From Paraspadella gotoi (taxonomy: Eukaryota > Animalia > Chaetognatha): 64,000 bases of DNA. Below, one piece after another: positions 1-11,262 of the stretch. The stretch spans positions 12,389,866-12,453,865 of the forward strand of contig CM119265.1 of NCBI GenBank assembly GCA_051294375.1, in the 5' to 3' direction. The position numbers and the translations under genes were made by a program. Every line of letters starts with the position of its first letter. Positions within the stretch are counted from its first letter, which is position 1. Under the pieces are notes generated by a model. That model worked only from the letters and a program-made list of their open reading frames with translations, had not been told where the DNA came from and did not search any database.

Positions 1-927
1 TAATAAAATAAATAAAAAATAATAAAACACAGGGTGTTGCGGATGTTTTCAAATCATTGTCATTTTTATATATGCACCATACATGCTTGCATAGTATAAA
101 AGCCATACTTAATATTTTTCAGTGGTCGTTTCTGAACATGACAGTGTTATGTCTTATCTTCAATTGACCTGATTTTAAGCTTTTCATCACTATCCAAATT
201 AAACTTATTTAATTTTTTTTCAGGTAAGTAAGACAAAATTTGAAGATTTTAACGAATAGGCCTTAATCGTCAACTACTTTGTATTTCTTACCGTTTTGAC
301 CCTTTTATTATGCATTCAGAAATCTTCCATGATTAACTTAATTATCTGATAATATCATTAATAATTTTTTTGAGTAAAAGTAAGTTTTGGTAAAAATAAA
401 ACCAAAACAGTAACTTACCCGAACCTTACCTGCTTACTTCAAATTATTTTAAACCAAAATGAAATGTACAACTTGCCAGAAGCATTATTATACTATAAAT
501 GAACATTTTTTTTCCAAACCGCGCGGAGAAAATCGAGCTGCATCAAAAAAGCATTATATTAAAGGATTTCAAAAAGATTAAAATATCGTCTATAAGCTAA
601 GAGAAAGTATTATATTTATTCAGATTTTAAAAATAATTAAGAGTTTTAGAGTAATGATTTTTTAAATTTTGTCTCGATATATGGTCCCGCCCCTGTATAA
701 AAAGTGATTTTTAAAGGCTGATATAAAGTGGCGCGTTTTTTTGCACACCACTTTTCGTCACATCTTTAATTTTTATAAAATGTGAACTTGCTAAATTACA
801 TCATTTTATAGTTTTTGTTACTTTTTCCGTTTGTTTATTTGATGTTAACCCCATGCTATGCGCCATTCATTTGTAGAATTTTTCTTTAGGCTATTCGTCT
901 GACGGGCGAACCGAACTGAACTGAAAA

Positions 928-2026
928 ATGACGTCGCGACTGCAAAGTTACTTTCCTAATTTTCCTCGTGATAACTCTGACAGAATGGCGTTGGCCTTTC
1001 TCCTCTTTATGACACCGATCGTGGCCGCCTTTGAACTTTTCTTCGTCATCCCGAACGTTTACCACGACAATCCGTTAAACCACACCCTCCATGTCATTTT
1101 TATCGCCTGGGTCTGGTCTCACATCATCCTCAACATATTTTTCATCTTGAAAACTGACATTTCCACGTTAAACAGAGTGAGTTAAAACAAAATATAAAAC
1201 TCTGAATGTGCAAACTGTGCATGTCATTGCAGACTTTTATAGTATATTCCGTCTCAGGTTTTGCCACCGCTACTCAAACCGGGCTGGAAATTCTGTTCTT
1301 CCTGCGGCAAAAATTCTCCACCCAGATCCTTTCATTGTTTTCATTGCGACAAATGCATTTTAAAACGGGACCACCATTGCGTCTTCACTGGTGGCTGCGT
1401 TGGATTTCACAATCATCGGTGAGTGTATTCTCTCCTACTTCTTTGACACATTATTTTTTTTTTTGACTGACATCCGTATTTTAAAAGCTACTACGTGGGG
1501 CTTCTGCTGTACCTCTGGATCGCGACCTTCTACGCAAACGTGATGAACTTTGACTTTGTTTGGGAAGAGTTGGGCTCGTTAGGCCTTAAAGCGGTGATCT
1601 CGGTTGTTCTGCCCATCGTCGCCTGGATTATGGGCCTAGTTCCCCATTTTTCCTTCGTCGTGGCCTTGGTGACGGCCGTCGTTGGCATCGCCTTTGTCTG
1701 GGTCTCGACTCTGCTTTTCTTTCACGCGAGACTAGTTCTCACGAATCAGACGACGCACGAGAAGAGCCAAGGTTTGTTTTGCTTTTTTGCGCCCTAGTTG
1801 TGCGTTTGAATTTCATTTTCTATTCCCACCATCTATATTCACAATTCTCCTCATAGGATCTCGAAAGTACGACTTGGGTCGGAGCGCCAACATAGAAACA
1901 GCTCTTGGTTCTCGATGGCCTCTCGCCCTTCTATCCCCACTCTGTCCTTCTCCTTTGCTGGGCGACGGGCTTGAGTTTCCGACAAAAGAATTCGTAGACC
2001 TACGAGACTCGGCGAAAACTATCTGA
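928..2026 (+). CDS. ZDHHC24: DHHC palmitoyltransferase, ZDHHC24-like; exons 928-1176, 1258-1418, 1488-1771, 1857-2026
   Basis: Exon 2 (missed by the ORF track) translates to GWKFCSSCGKNSPPRSFHCFHCDKCILKRDHHCVFTGGCVGFHNHR, a DHHC-CRD. It is flanked by TM helices, a QTTHE motif and the ZDHHC24-type tail YDLG...ALGSRW...SPLLGDGLEF. GT-AG introns are phase consistent. Confidence 0.92.
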
Positions 2027-3133
2027 GCAGATGGTAGAATACCGGTGGCTGGCCAATACATGTAAATCGCTGTCAAGGGCTTAAACTGAACAATTACTGC
2101 GGCATTAATAATATTTTGGTAGTTGAAAAAATATTTTATAAATCAAAACAATATTATTTTTATTTACATCATTTTTTTTAACTTGTATCATTTAAGATTT
2201 AAAATACATTAAAAGTATTAATATAAAAAAATGCTATTTTATTGAAAAACTGGTGAAAGTAAAGATTTAATGGGTATGGATAGTTTATTTTGAATATTCC
2301 TTTTTTTTATAAAAAGCCTTCTTGTTTGTAAAGCACTTTGGTAGAATAGGGTCAAAACATATAAAAAAAATAAATAGGATTGTTCTTTTGTTTAAAAAAA
2401 TAAGATTTAAACTTTTGGCGGATGTATTTAAATTAATTTTTTTTTTTAAATGCTACTTTGTTTTTTAAAATATTTTTTGTTTGTAGATCCATCTGGTTTA
2501 TTAAGACTAAAACGGGCAAAAATTTGTTATTTTGTGTAAAGCAATGCAAAGTGTTCATAGTTCAGTCATGTACAAAAAAATCGCGCCACTTTAAAAATTT
2601 AATATTTTAAAAATTATACTTTATATTTGAATTTTTTAAAAAAATTTAAAAATGATTTAAAGTTAATTGAAAGATAAGTTTAGCATAAATTTTATTAAGA
2701 TTAGGCTATCCATTTAGGAGCAATATTTTTTTAAATTGAAGTAAGCTGAAAAAGAAGAAAAGGTTAAGTAACCGGGAAAAAAATTAAATTTAAGGGGGTA
2801 AGTAAATCGCTAAAGCGATATTCTTTCGTGTTTTATGTTTTGTTTGCATCGCGAACTTCTTTTCCAAATTTTTTGTAAGAGTCGCGGAACAACAATTTTT
2901 TTTAAACTGTTCTCTTGCTTCTGTATCTGTAATGGTAATAAGTGATAAGAATCAGGGTAATCTTTAATTACCAATGTTCGCAGAATACGGAAGCTGGGTT
3001 AAACTCTTACTAGAAAATTTTATTTGTACGTACTATGACTTCGCCTTTCGACTTTCGCTTTTTATCTGTCTATCCTTGTGTTTGTCTAAACTTTCATTTT
3101 CTTTTTTCTTAGAAAGAAATTGATACTTTAGGA

Positions 3134-5308
3134 ATGAAAGTAGGAAACTTGGAAAGCGACGAAGATGTCCTGGTTGATGAGGAGGGGGGACCGAATAAGG
3201 ATACGACCGTCAAACGCCAAAGATTTAGCGATGGAATGGGCGCCGCCATGAATTACTACGCCCAAAAATGTCAGGAAGAAGGGCGCGTCGTTAGGGGCGC
3301 GGCAGTCAAGATTCAGCTACGGGACGAAGAAGAAACCTCGTTGGACAATGTTCTACTCGAGGCCGGATTCGACCCCACAGATTTTAAAACTCTTCAAGAG
3401 AAGCGGGTAACGGAGGGTTCTTTTAAAACCATATATACACGATCTCACGTTAACCCTCGTGCGCATTTTTACTATAAATACTCAGCAACTCGCGGCAACT
3501 TTAAACGAATCTACGGCGGAGGAACAGCAACGTAACGAGGAATTGGAAAGGGTTCGGCGTTTTGAAGACGAAGCTGGCATCTGTCGTCCTAACGATCCAC
3601 TCCCGTCTACTTCATCCGGAGAGACGACGGGGATCTCGAAGCCAATCAGTGTCACGTGCTCAAGTCCGAAACATGCGCTCGAACCAACACATTCCGTCCC
3701 TGATGACTTCGGCGATTTTGAATCGGAAGATTTTTCTGAGATTATCTACGAATCCCGAAAAAATAAACTCCCTACCGCCCGGTGGAGGGGGCTGAACAGA
3801 ATACAGAAAATGAAGCGCTCGGAAGTCGATCTCGATAACGAGGTTGAAGATAGAAAGAAACGCTCTCGAAGGAGAGCTGGGGATGTGCTTACGGACCGGA
3901 AACCCACTGAAAAGGTTCGGCTTGAAACAAAGTTGGCGACTCTTCTTTCCCTTCTAATTTCAGCCTTTACGCTTGGCAGGACATCGCCCCAAAGATAGAC
4001 ACAACCACAGATCCCAAAGTCGACCCGTACGCGCAGTTCGATAGTGATCCCCCTTTGAAAAAATATCGGAAGATCCATAAGACTATACCTCTGGTCGAAG
4101 TGGAACCGGACATGGAAAAACAAACTGGGAAATTCGTCGAGGCAAAAAATCAGCGCGAGACGCTGTCGCCTCCGGTCGACGGTCCAATTTTGACGGAATC
4201 CAGCGGAGTTGAGAATGGTAAAAAATTACTGGAGGGAAAACGGGGGTGGGTAATTAGAATTGACCTTCTAAATTGTTTATCGCCGAACTGATTTTGGGTT
4301 AATTTTACTTTCGCCGACCGGGATTAGGAGGGGTTAAGGGTGGTTTAAATGTTTTTAAATTTTTTTTAAAAAATAAGTATTTTTAAGTAGTTTTTTTTTT
4401 TTAAAGACGCCCAAACCCCGGTCGACGAAAGTAAAATTTTACTGATTTTTTTTTTTCTTTGAAGGAAAGGGATTCGAATTTCAAGACATGATTGAAGAGC
4501 TGATGAAAGACCCCGAAGCAATAGACCGAGAAATGAATCAATGGCTGGAGGATATAAGAAACGGAAAGATCAAACGGGGGAAAATAGAAGTGCCGGCGAA
4601 CACGCCGCGAATGTTTATCACCTACCGAGGACCCTGCATCGCAGGGACTCTATTTCTCGGTAATTACATGGACAAGAAAAAAAAAATTACGATGCAATTA
4701 TTAAAAAAAAATTTTCATTGATGTTGCAGATGAAAAAAAATGTGCCATGCTGGACGAAAAAAACGATGCCCGAGATAAGCCCAATCGTTTAATTCGGCAT
4801 AGGGAACAAACGCAAAACCTGGAAGGTAAAATTTTGGAAGAACTTTCGTAATAATAGTTTAATTTCAACTTCTGTACGTTTTAGAATTCTGACCCATTTT
4901 ATTTTGACTTTGAAGTTTTATTACATTTGAAACTCTCATATTTTTTCAGAGGTCAATAAGGACCCAGAGAAAAAGATGGAAACGATAGTTCTGGATTCTG
5001 AAGCTTCGGTGACAAAAAATATTGAGGAGCTTTCCTCCAGCAATATTGGTGAATGAAAAAATTATGAAAAAATTTTTTCCGAAAGTACTTACTTTACACA
5101 TTTTGTTTTAGGTGATTCTCCGGGGGAAATAGAATTTGTGAATGTAATGGATGGCTGCATGTCTCAGGTGGTTAAAATAATTGTTGGTAACATTTTACTT
5201 TCGCCGACCGGGGTTTTGGCGTCTTTGAAAAAAAAATTAAATATTAAAAAAAATAAAAAAGTTACCTAATTACCCAAACCTGGGTTTTTTTAAAAAACCC
5301 AGCCCACT

Positions 5309-5356
<48 letters not shown>

Positions 5357-6919
5357 GGAGTTTTTTTTGGGTTTTTTAAGTTATAGATAGCAGACTGTCA
5401 TATTTATCGTCATGAACGATTTACAAAGAAATTAGTTTTAACGTAAAATAATGTGCTGATTTATTTGCATAATAACTTTGAAAGACTCTCATAGAGTATC
5501 ATTACTGTTAACGTTTGTTTTCGTTTTAATTTTCTGTTTGGGGAGGGTTATACTTAATTTAATTGTGTTGATGTGTGTCACTGTATAAAATTCTTGATAT
5601 GAAATAAACTACTATATTAATTCTTTTTAAGATACAAATTTAAAGTATTTATACTTCTTAAGTGATTACTAATAAAAATATATAAAAATATACTGATTAT
5701 ATTTAATAATAATATTAATTAATTAATATTTTTTATGGCAAATAAATGTAATAAATATAAATATTATATTTTCTGAATAAAACCTGTTATGAAAAAAGTG
5801 TATAAACCTAATTTTATTAAAAATTAGTAATTAAATACTCAAAATAATTTTAAATAAATATGCATCATAAACATTTATATAAATTACTAATACATTAAAA
5901 ATCGAAGTACATCTTTAGTACATTGTCTTTTGGGCTAAAAATAAATTTTGATGTTCGGATAAAATATTTGAGTTAATTAAACACCTTAACATTTTATTAA
6001 ATTAAGCTAAGATTTTTTCCTGACGTCAATATATTATTTTCCTGCATTCTCGTTACTTTACTCCTGGTTAGGATACCTTTTCAGAGAATTCTTTAACGTG
6101 TGACAAATATTCAAATATATAATTATATTGAAGTTTAATTTTTAAAAGAACCCTAACCTTGTGTTCAATAATAACGAGAGAATAGCAATCATTTTTTATA
6201 TGTCGCTCTTAACATAATTTGCGATTCACGATTAGGATTACTTAATATAAGGAAACTGGTACAAAAGCCAGCAACGAAAGTGATACTGATAGTTAACATG
6301 TAAAACATAGGTTTAGGGTTATTTTTTATCATTAAATTATATATTGAAGAGACAGTAATTATTGATATGTGTTGATGGCCGCTGATGAACGGTTGGTGGA
6401 TTTTAGTCCACCATAATATTAAGCTATGTAAAAATGATATATCTTATATGATTTAAATTTTTGCTTCTACAATTTAATGTTTCATATTAAAAAATTAAGT
6501 AATTTAAAAAAATTGCGGTGACTCACTTTTTAGTGGTATTTTTTTTTTAACCCTTCCCACCTTTAACCCTAAACCACCTCTCATCCCGGTCGGCGAAAGT
6601 ATAATTATACCTAATTGTTTTAGTTTTGCTTATGGCTCTTATATAATTTTTGTTCTTTATAACAGCAGAATGAAACTAAATGTCCTATTTGTGGCTCAAA
6701 ATTCAAAAAGCGTGCTGTTCAAAGACACGTAGAAAGGTGCATGGATGAACAATCCAAGTTAGTGTCTTATGACTTTATTTTATAATAATGGTTGTTCCAA
6801 TTTCATAGCATTTATTGTGTTTTTTCTTTAGAAATAACGATGAAGTCCCCGAACGCTTAAAAAAAGTTAAAAAGATTCCCAAAGATTTTTTTGATCGATT
6901 CGAGGACGACATTTTATAA
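3134..6919 (+). CDS. Uncharacterised multi-exon protein with a C-terminal UBZ4 (Rad18-type) zinc finger
   Basis: Phase-compatible exons 3134-3406, 3486-3914, 3980-4217, 4465-about 4658, small exons at about 4730-5167, about 6666-6758 (NETKCPICGSKFKKRAVQRHVERCMDEQ) and 6832-6919 (stop TAA). The middle exons are less certain. Confidence 0.7.
4296..4441. mobile_element. Intronic non-autonomous TIR element (MITE), Merlin-like
   Basis: Ends GGGTTAATTTTACTTTCGCCGACCGGG ... CCCGGTCGACGAAAGTAAAATTTTA, flanked on both sides by CTGATTTT (4288-4295 and 4442-4449). Confidence 0.8.
5186..6611. mobile_element. About 1.4-kb intronic non-autonomous TIR element, same family as 4296-4441, opposite orientation
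   Basis: Ends GGTAACATTTTACTTTCGCCGACCGGG ... CCCGGTCGGCGAAAGTATAATTATACC, with a perfect 8-bp TSD TAATTGTT (5178-5185, 6612-6619). AT-rich interior with no transposase ORF and a poly-T run at about 5309-5355. Confidence 0.85.
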
Positions 6920-7181
6920 AGATATCTGTGATTTCGCAACTTTTGTGATACAGAGTTACTTCCCGTATTTATAACTGCAGTTTATTTTGCCATTTGTTTT
7001 TTTAAGACAGATTTTAGGAAAGATACTAAAAGCTTCATATAAGTGTTGGAACCTCGTTTCAATATTTACTTATATAGGCATCATTTACCTTGGATCGATT
7101 CGACCGGATGGCAACAAGGATGGCATTCATTAAAAATTGGCCGAGAGTCCGCGCTGACCGGATTTTTCTCAGAATCGTTGG

Positions 7182-10100
7182 ATGATCGCGTTTTTCGTCA
7201 TGGAATCATATTTTCCTGAATTGTTCCTGCCGGACGTCGTGACGGATGCGTCGCCCTCCGATTCTGAGTTTCGAATCGCCAATTGCATAGCTCAGGGCAA
7301 TTTCGGTGGAGTTGATTTTCACTTTATGGAACCGAATTCACCTTTAGTTCAATTGCAGCAAGAGCAGCAACTACCGCAACCTCAATCATCACCATCCCTG
7401 CTTCCACCGCAACACGTTTCTCAGCATCCGCCACAAAATTTCATCGGCTGTTCCGCCTCTACCTCCGCGCCGTCGCATCAAACGCCGCCGCAGCCGCTCA
7501 GCGCCTCTGCTCGTCATCCTTTGACGACTACGGATTTTCTTTGGCACAAATTGACGCAAGCTCAGATAGCGCAGGCGCTTGACGATTCGCTCTCTCTCTG
7601 TCAGAATGACGTTGAGCCGGTTTCATTCGGCACCAGCAGCAGCGAAAATTGGGGCGACGCCACGTTCTTGACGCTTTTCCCCGGTGCCTCGGATGAAGAG
7701 GGTCGCGACGGCGATGCCTCTTGTCTCGGCGGGCGCCGCGGTGAAGATTCGACCGCCTCCCACGAGGGCCTTGTCGTCTATGACGCGTTCCCCGACGAAG
7801 AGATGGTTGAGCTCGGCCCTTGGCTCGCTTGGCACCTCCCGTCGACGAAGGATTTTTGCCAGGTGTGCCAAGCGGAGACCGAGGATTTGAGTGACCATGT
7901 TCACTCCCACCCTCTCTGCGAATATTGCTCGCGCCGCTTCCCTTCCGAAGTCGCGCTTCGCCAACATCGAACTCAGGAACATCCCGAAATGCTACCAACT
8001 CATGGATCGGAGGGAAAGACCGCAACGAAGGTCAGTCTGATCGATGAACATAATTTTTAAAAAGTTATCTTATTTTAACCTCGGTAATTTTATACCGCTT
8101 TTCATCAGGTTATATTGGCTGCCGAAAGTTTAGCTGCAGCCTCTGTAACCCAAAATCCCCCGACCAAGTTTGTACGAGCCTCTTTGGAGAACAAGGTATG
8201 CCTTGACTAGATTTTGTTTTTAAGCAATACACGACTTACAGCGTCAATGACCTTATACAGGCTAACTCTTCAAGTTTGTCCTTGACGGCACCAGTGCCCG
8301 CCATGCCGCAACAACCTCCCAACTGTCGCCCGACCCAGACCCAACTTACTCCTTCGGCCTTGGGTCTTCCATCTCACGACGTCCCGTCAACCATAGACAC
8401 TTTGCCTCATTTCACTTCCTCGATGTCTTCGTCGCTTGTCGTGCCCGGCGTCGACGCCAGAGTCCTCGCCAGCCTCGATCAAAACGTCTATCCACCTTCA
8501 TCCGTTCCATATGATTTTGGTGCGTCGGAGTCGAACGGCGACGCCGCGGGCGCGTCCCCCAAGCGAACGGCAACAATTCATCATCTCTCTAATCCAGAGT
8601 TATCGTCGACGACCACGCCCCAGTCGAAATTCCTCAACCACCTCACCTCAGAACACGACCTTACTACGGCAGGGATTCCTCCGTGTCTAAAAGCAACAAC
8701 CAATGGCTACAACGATGACGAGGTTATCGTAGGCAGCAACGCGCGTTTCGCCTTGTTTGCCCATCCGTTCTCCGCTCGTGAGATCGATATGGAGAATCGG
8801 CGTGGCGCCGCGCCAACCTTGACTCTCGCCATTGTAACCGATGTCGCCGGAAAAGAAAAACCGGCGGTAACGGTCCCGACTGACGCCGGATCATCAGTTA
8901 AGGGATCTTGCGAGTTTCCTGCCCAGAACGGCGAATCGGTCGCTAACCCTGGCCGGCCAACATTTCCATGTCCAGTCTGCTTAGTACGTTTTACAGAGCC
9001 GGATTTAGTCACACACATGACGAACCATCCGGTTTGCGAAGTTTGCAAGGTAAAACTGAAGAGATTTCGTAGTTTTTATCTTATTTATAGTTTTCCTCAT
9101 CATTTTGGTTCTCAGCTTCGATTCACGTCCGAAACACACCGTCGCAATCACATGTCGAAACACAAAAGGTGCGAGGATTGCGACGAATACTACCTCGAAA
9201 AACCCTCAGCGAAATCTAGGAAAAAATTACTCACTCACGTCTGCAAAAAAGGCGACGAGAGTCCGCATTCATCTCAGCGATTTTCTTCCGTCGAAAACCC
9301 TCCGAAGGACTTGGTCGCCGCTCCGGTGACCCTCGGCCCGGTCCCTTCCACGGCCTCCGCATCCTCCGCCGGCGCCAAAAAGCGGGTCTCATATGTGGCT
9401 ACGACGTCGACGGGAAAAATCTCGTCTGAAACGTCGGTCCACGGACCCAATTTCAATCTCAACAACGTTCCTACTTCGAAACCCGTCAACTGTCTCTTTT
9501 GCGCAGAGTCTTTCAGTTCAAGCGTTGAATTTCAAGTTCACATGAATAAAAATCACAAGAAATGTCCCAAGTGTACCATGGTCTTTCAAGGTACTACGAA
9601 TAGTACGAATACAGTGGTTAATTTAGATTTGTCCTATTTTTTATTAGAGCTCCTCATTTATTCTAATTCAGACAGTGCCAGCATCACCGCGCACGCGTGT
9701 AACCCCGTTACTTGTCGCATATGCATGATGGTTGTGCAGCTGGACGATTTGGCAAAGCACGAGAAGAAACATCCTATGTGCTTTTTCTGCAACAAACGAT
9801 TTGCCACAGAAAAACTTAGACAGGTAAAGAAGAGTTAAGTTATACGTAATTCATATTTTGTAATGATTTTTTTAAAAATTCAGAAAATCTCATTTTCGAT
9901 TGAATCAAAAGTTTATCTCTTATACTGTTTTTAGACTTAAACTAAAACGACTGGGGTTTATATTGCTCTTTTTATTTCAGGCTCATCTTTCTTCTCATCA
10001 CGTCAGCTGCAAAGTCTGCAAAATCTATCAAAAGGACGAAACTTCGCTGCAGCAACACTACGCCACCTGCACGCTGGTCCCTTGCCCGGTCTGCGCTCGT

Positions 10101-10451
10101 CTTACGCCGCGAGAAAATTTTGAAGAGCATTACCGCAAGCACCCCCGCTGCGAGTTTTGCCAGAGAGTGCTCGGTTCACACAAGGTATTGGCCGATCACA
10201 TCGCGGACTGTCACGCAACCTGCGGCCAATGTCGTCAGAACTTTGCCTCCATCGAGCAGAAGAACAAACACGCCAAAACGTGCCGGTTCGAACCGTGTAT
10301 CGTCTGCGACAAAATCATCGACATGGACCGGATGGACAAGCACCTGAGCGGCCACCCTAGCTGCGATCTTTGCCAACTCATGTTCACCAGCACCAAAATG
10401 ATGAAGTGTCACAAGAGGGAAGAGCACGCGGACGAGATTAGCGGAAGTTGA
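7182..10451 (+). CDS. Multi-C2H2 zinc-finger protein with low-complexity P/Q/S regions; exons about 7182-8030, 8111-8195, 8261-9049, 9116-9590, 9672-9823, 9981-10451
   Basis: Many CxxC...HxxxH/C motifs, e.g. HPLCEYCSRRFPSEVALRQHRTQEH and HPRCEFCQRVLGSHKVLADHIADCH; GT-AG introns. Confidence 0.85.
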
Positions 10452-11262
10452 TCTTTGCATTTAGTCGCAAATTTTGTTTTTCAATTTAATTTCTTGTAAA
10501 ATATTAGTTTTTTGGATCGTAAGATTATCATGCTGCAACCGTATCCCTTCATACCGGGCATACATATATATTTTTGCCACGAGTTTTGGCAATTTTTTTT
10601 TCAGATGGGTAGTATTACATTTTACATTTATAATTTTTAATTGCAACTGACTAGTCTTCTTTTTCTTTAGATGCCTCTTAGACTTTATGAGTCTTTAGTA
10701 AATCGTTTTACGGTTGATACTAATCCGCAGTAGTTTCTTTGGATTTTTGGCAAACAGTACAATGATTGTTATGGCACAACACATTAGCCATTAGACGTCT
10801 CTATTGTGATCAAACCTTTTGAATGGCACGCATTTTACCCTGTGAAACGTATCTTTTACTGATTTTAACTAGTGTTTAACAAGAAGTTGCACTCGGAGGC
10901 TGTTTTAAATTTATTTGGTTTTATAAATTTTGGAAATTGGATGTTACTGTACAGACTCAAGTGCGCCTTTGATTAAAAAAAATTACAAAAGAAAAAAAAA
11001 ATTAATTCCTAGATCTCGATTAAAAAATAACCTCTTTGTAAAAGCCAACTAACCATGTTATTTTTATTTCAAAAATTCACAAACGAAAACGTAAACTTCG
11101 GTGATATTAATTTGTAGTTAGTATTTGCGATTTAAAACTTTTTTCTCATCTTTAGAAACTAGTTTTGATATGGATGGTGACGCATAATTTTTCGGGTAAA
11201 ACAAAACTAGACAAAAGAAAGGGCGTTAAAAAGATCTGAGCTAAACCCCTTCCCCCTTGACG

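Noticed and set aside
212-230. TTTTCAG|GTAAGT as a recursive splice site (similar juxtaposition at 54590)
   Set aside because: No long host intron is visible. The 54590 site is better explained as a 5' UTR exon donor.
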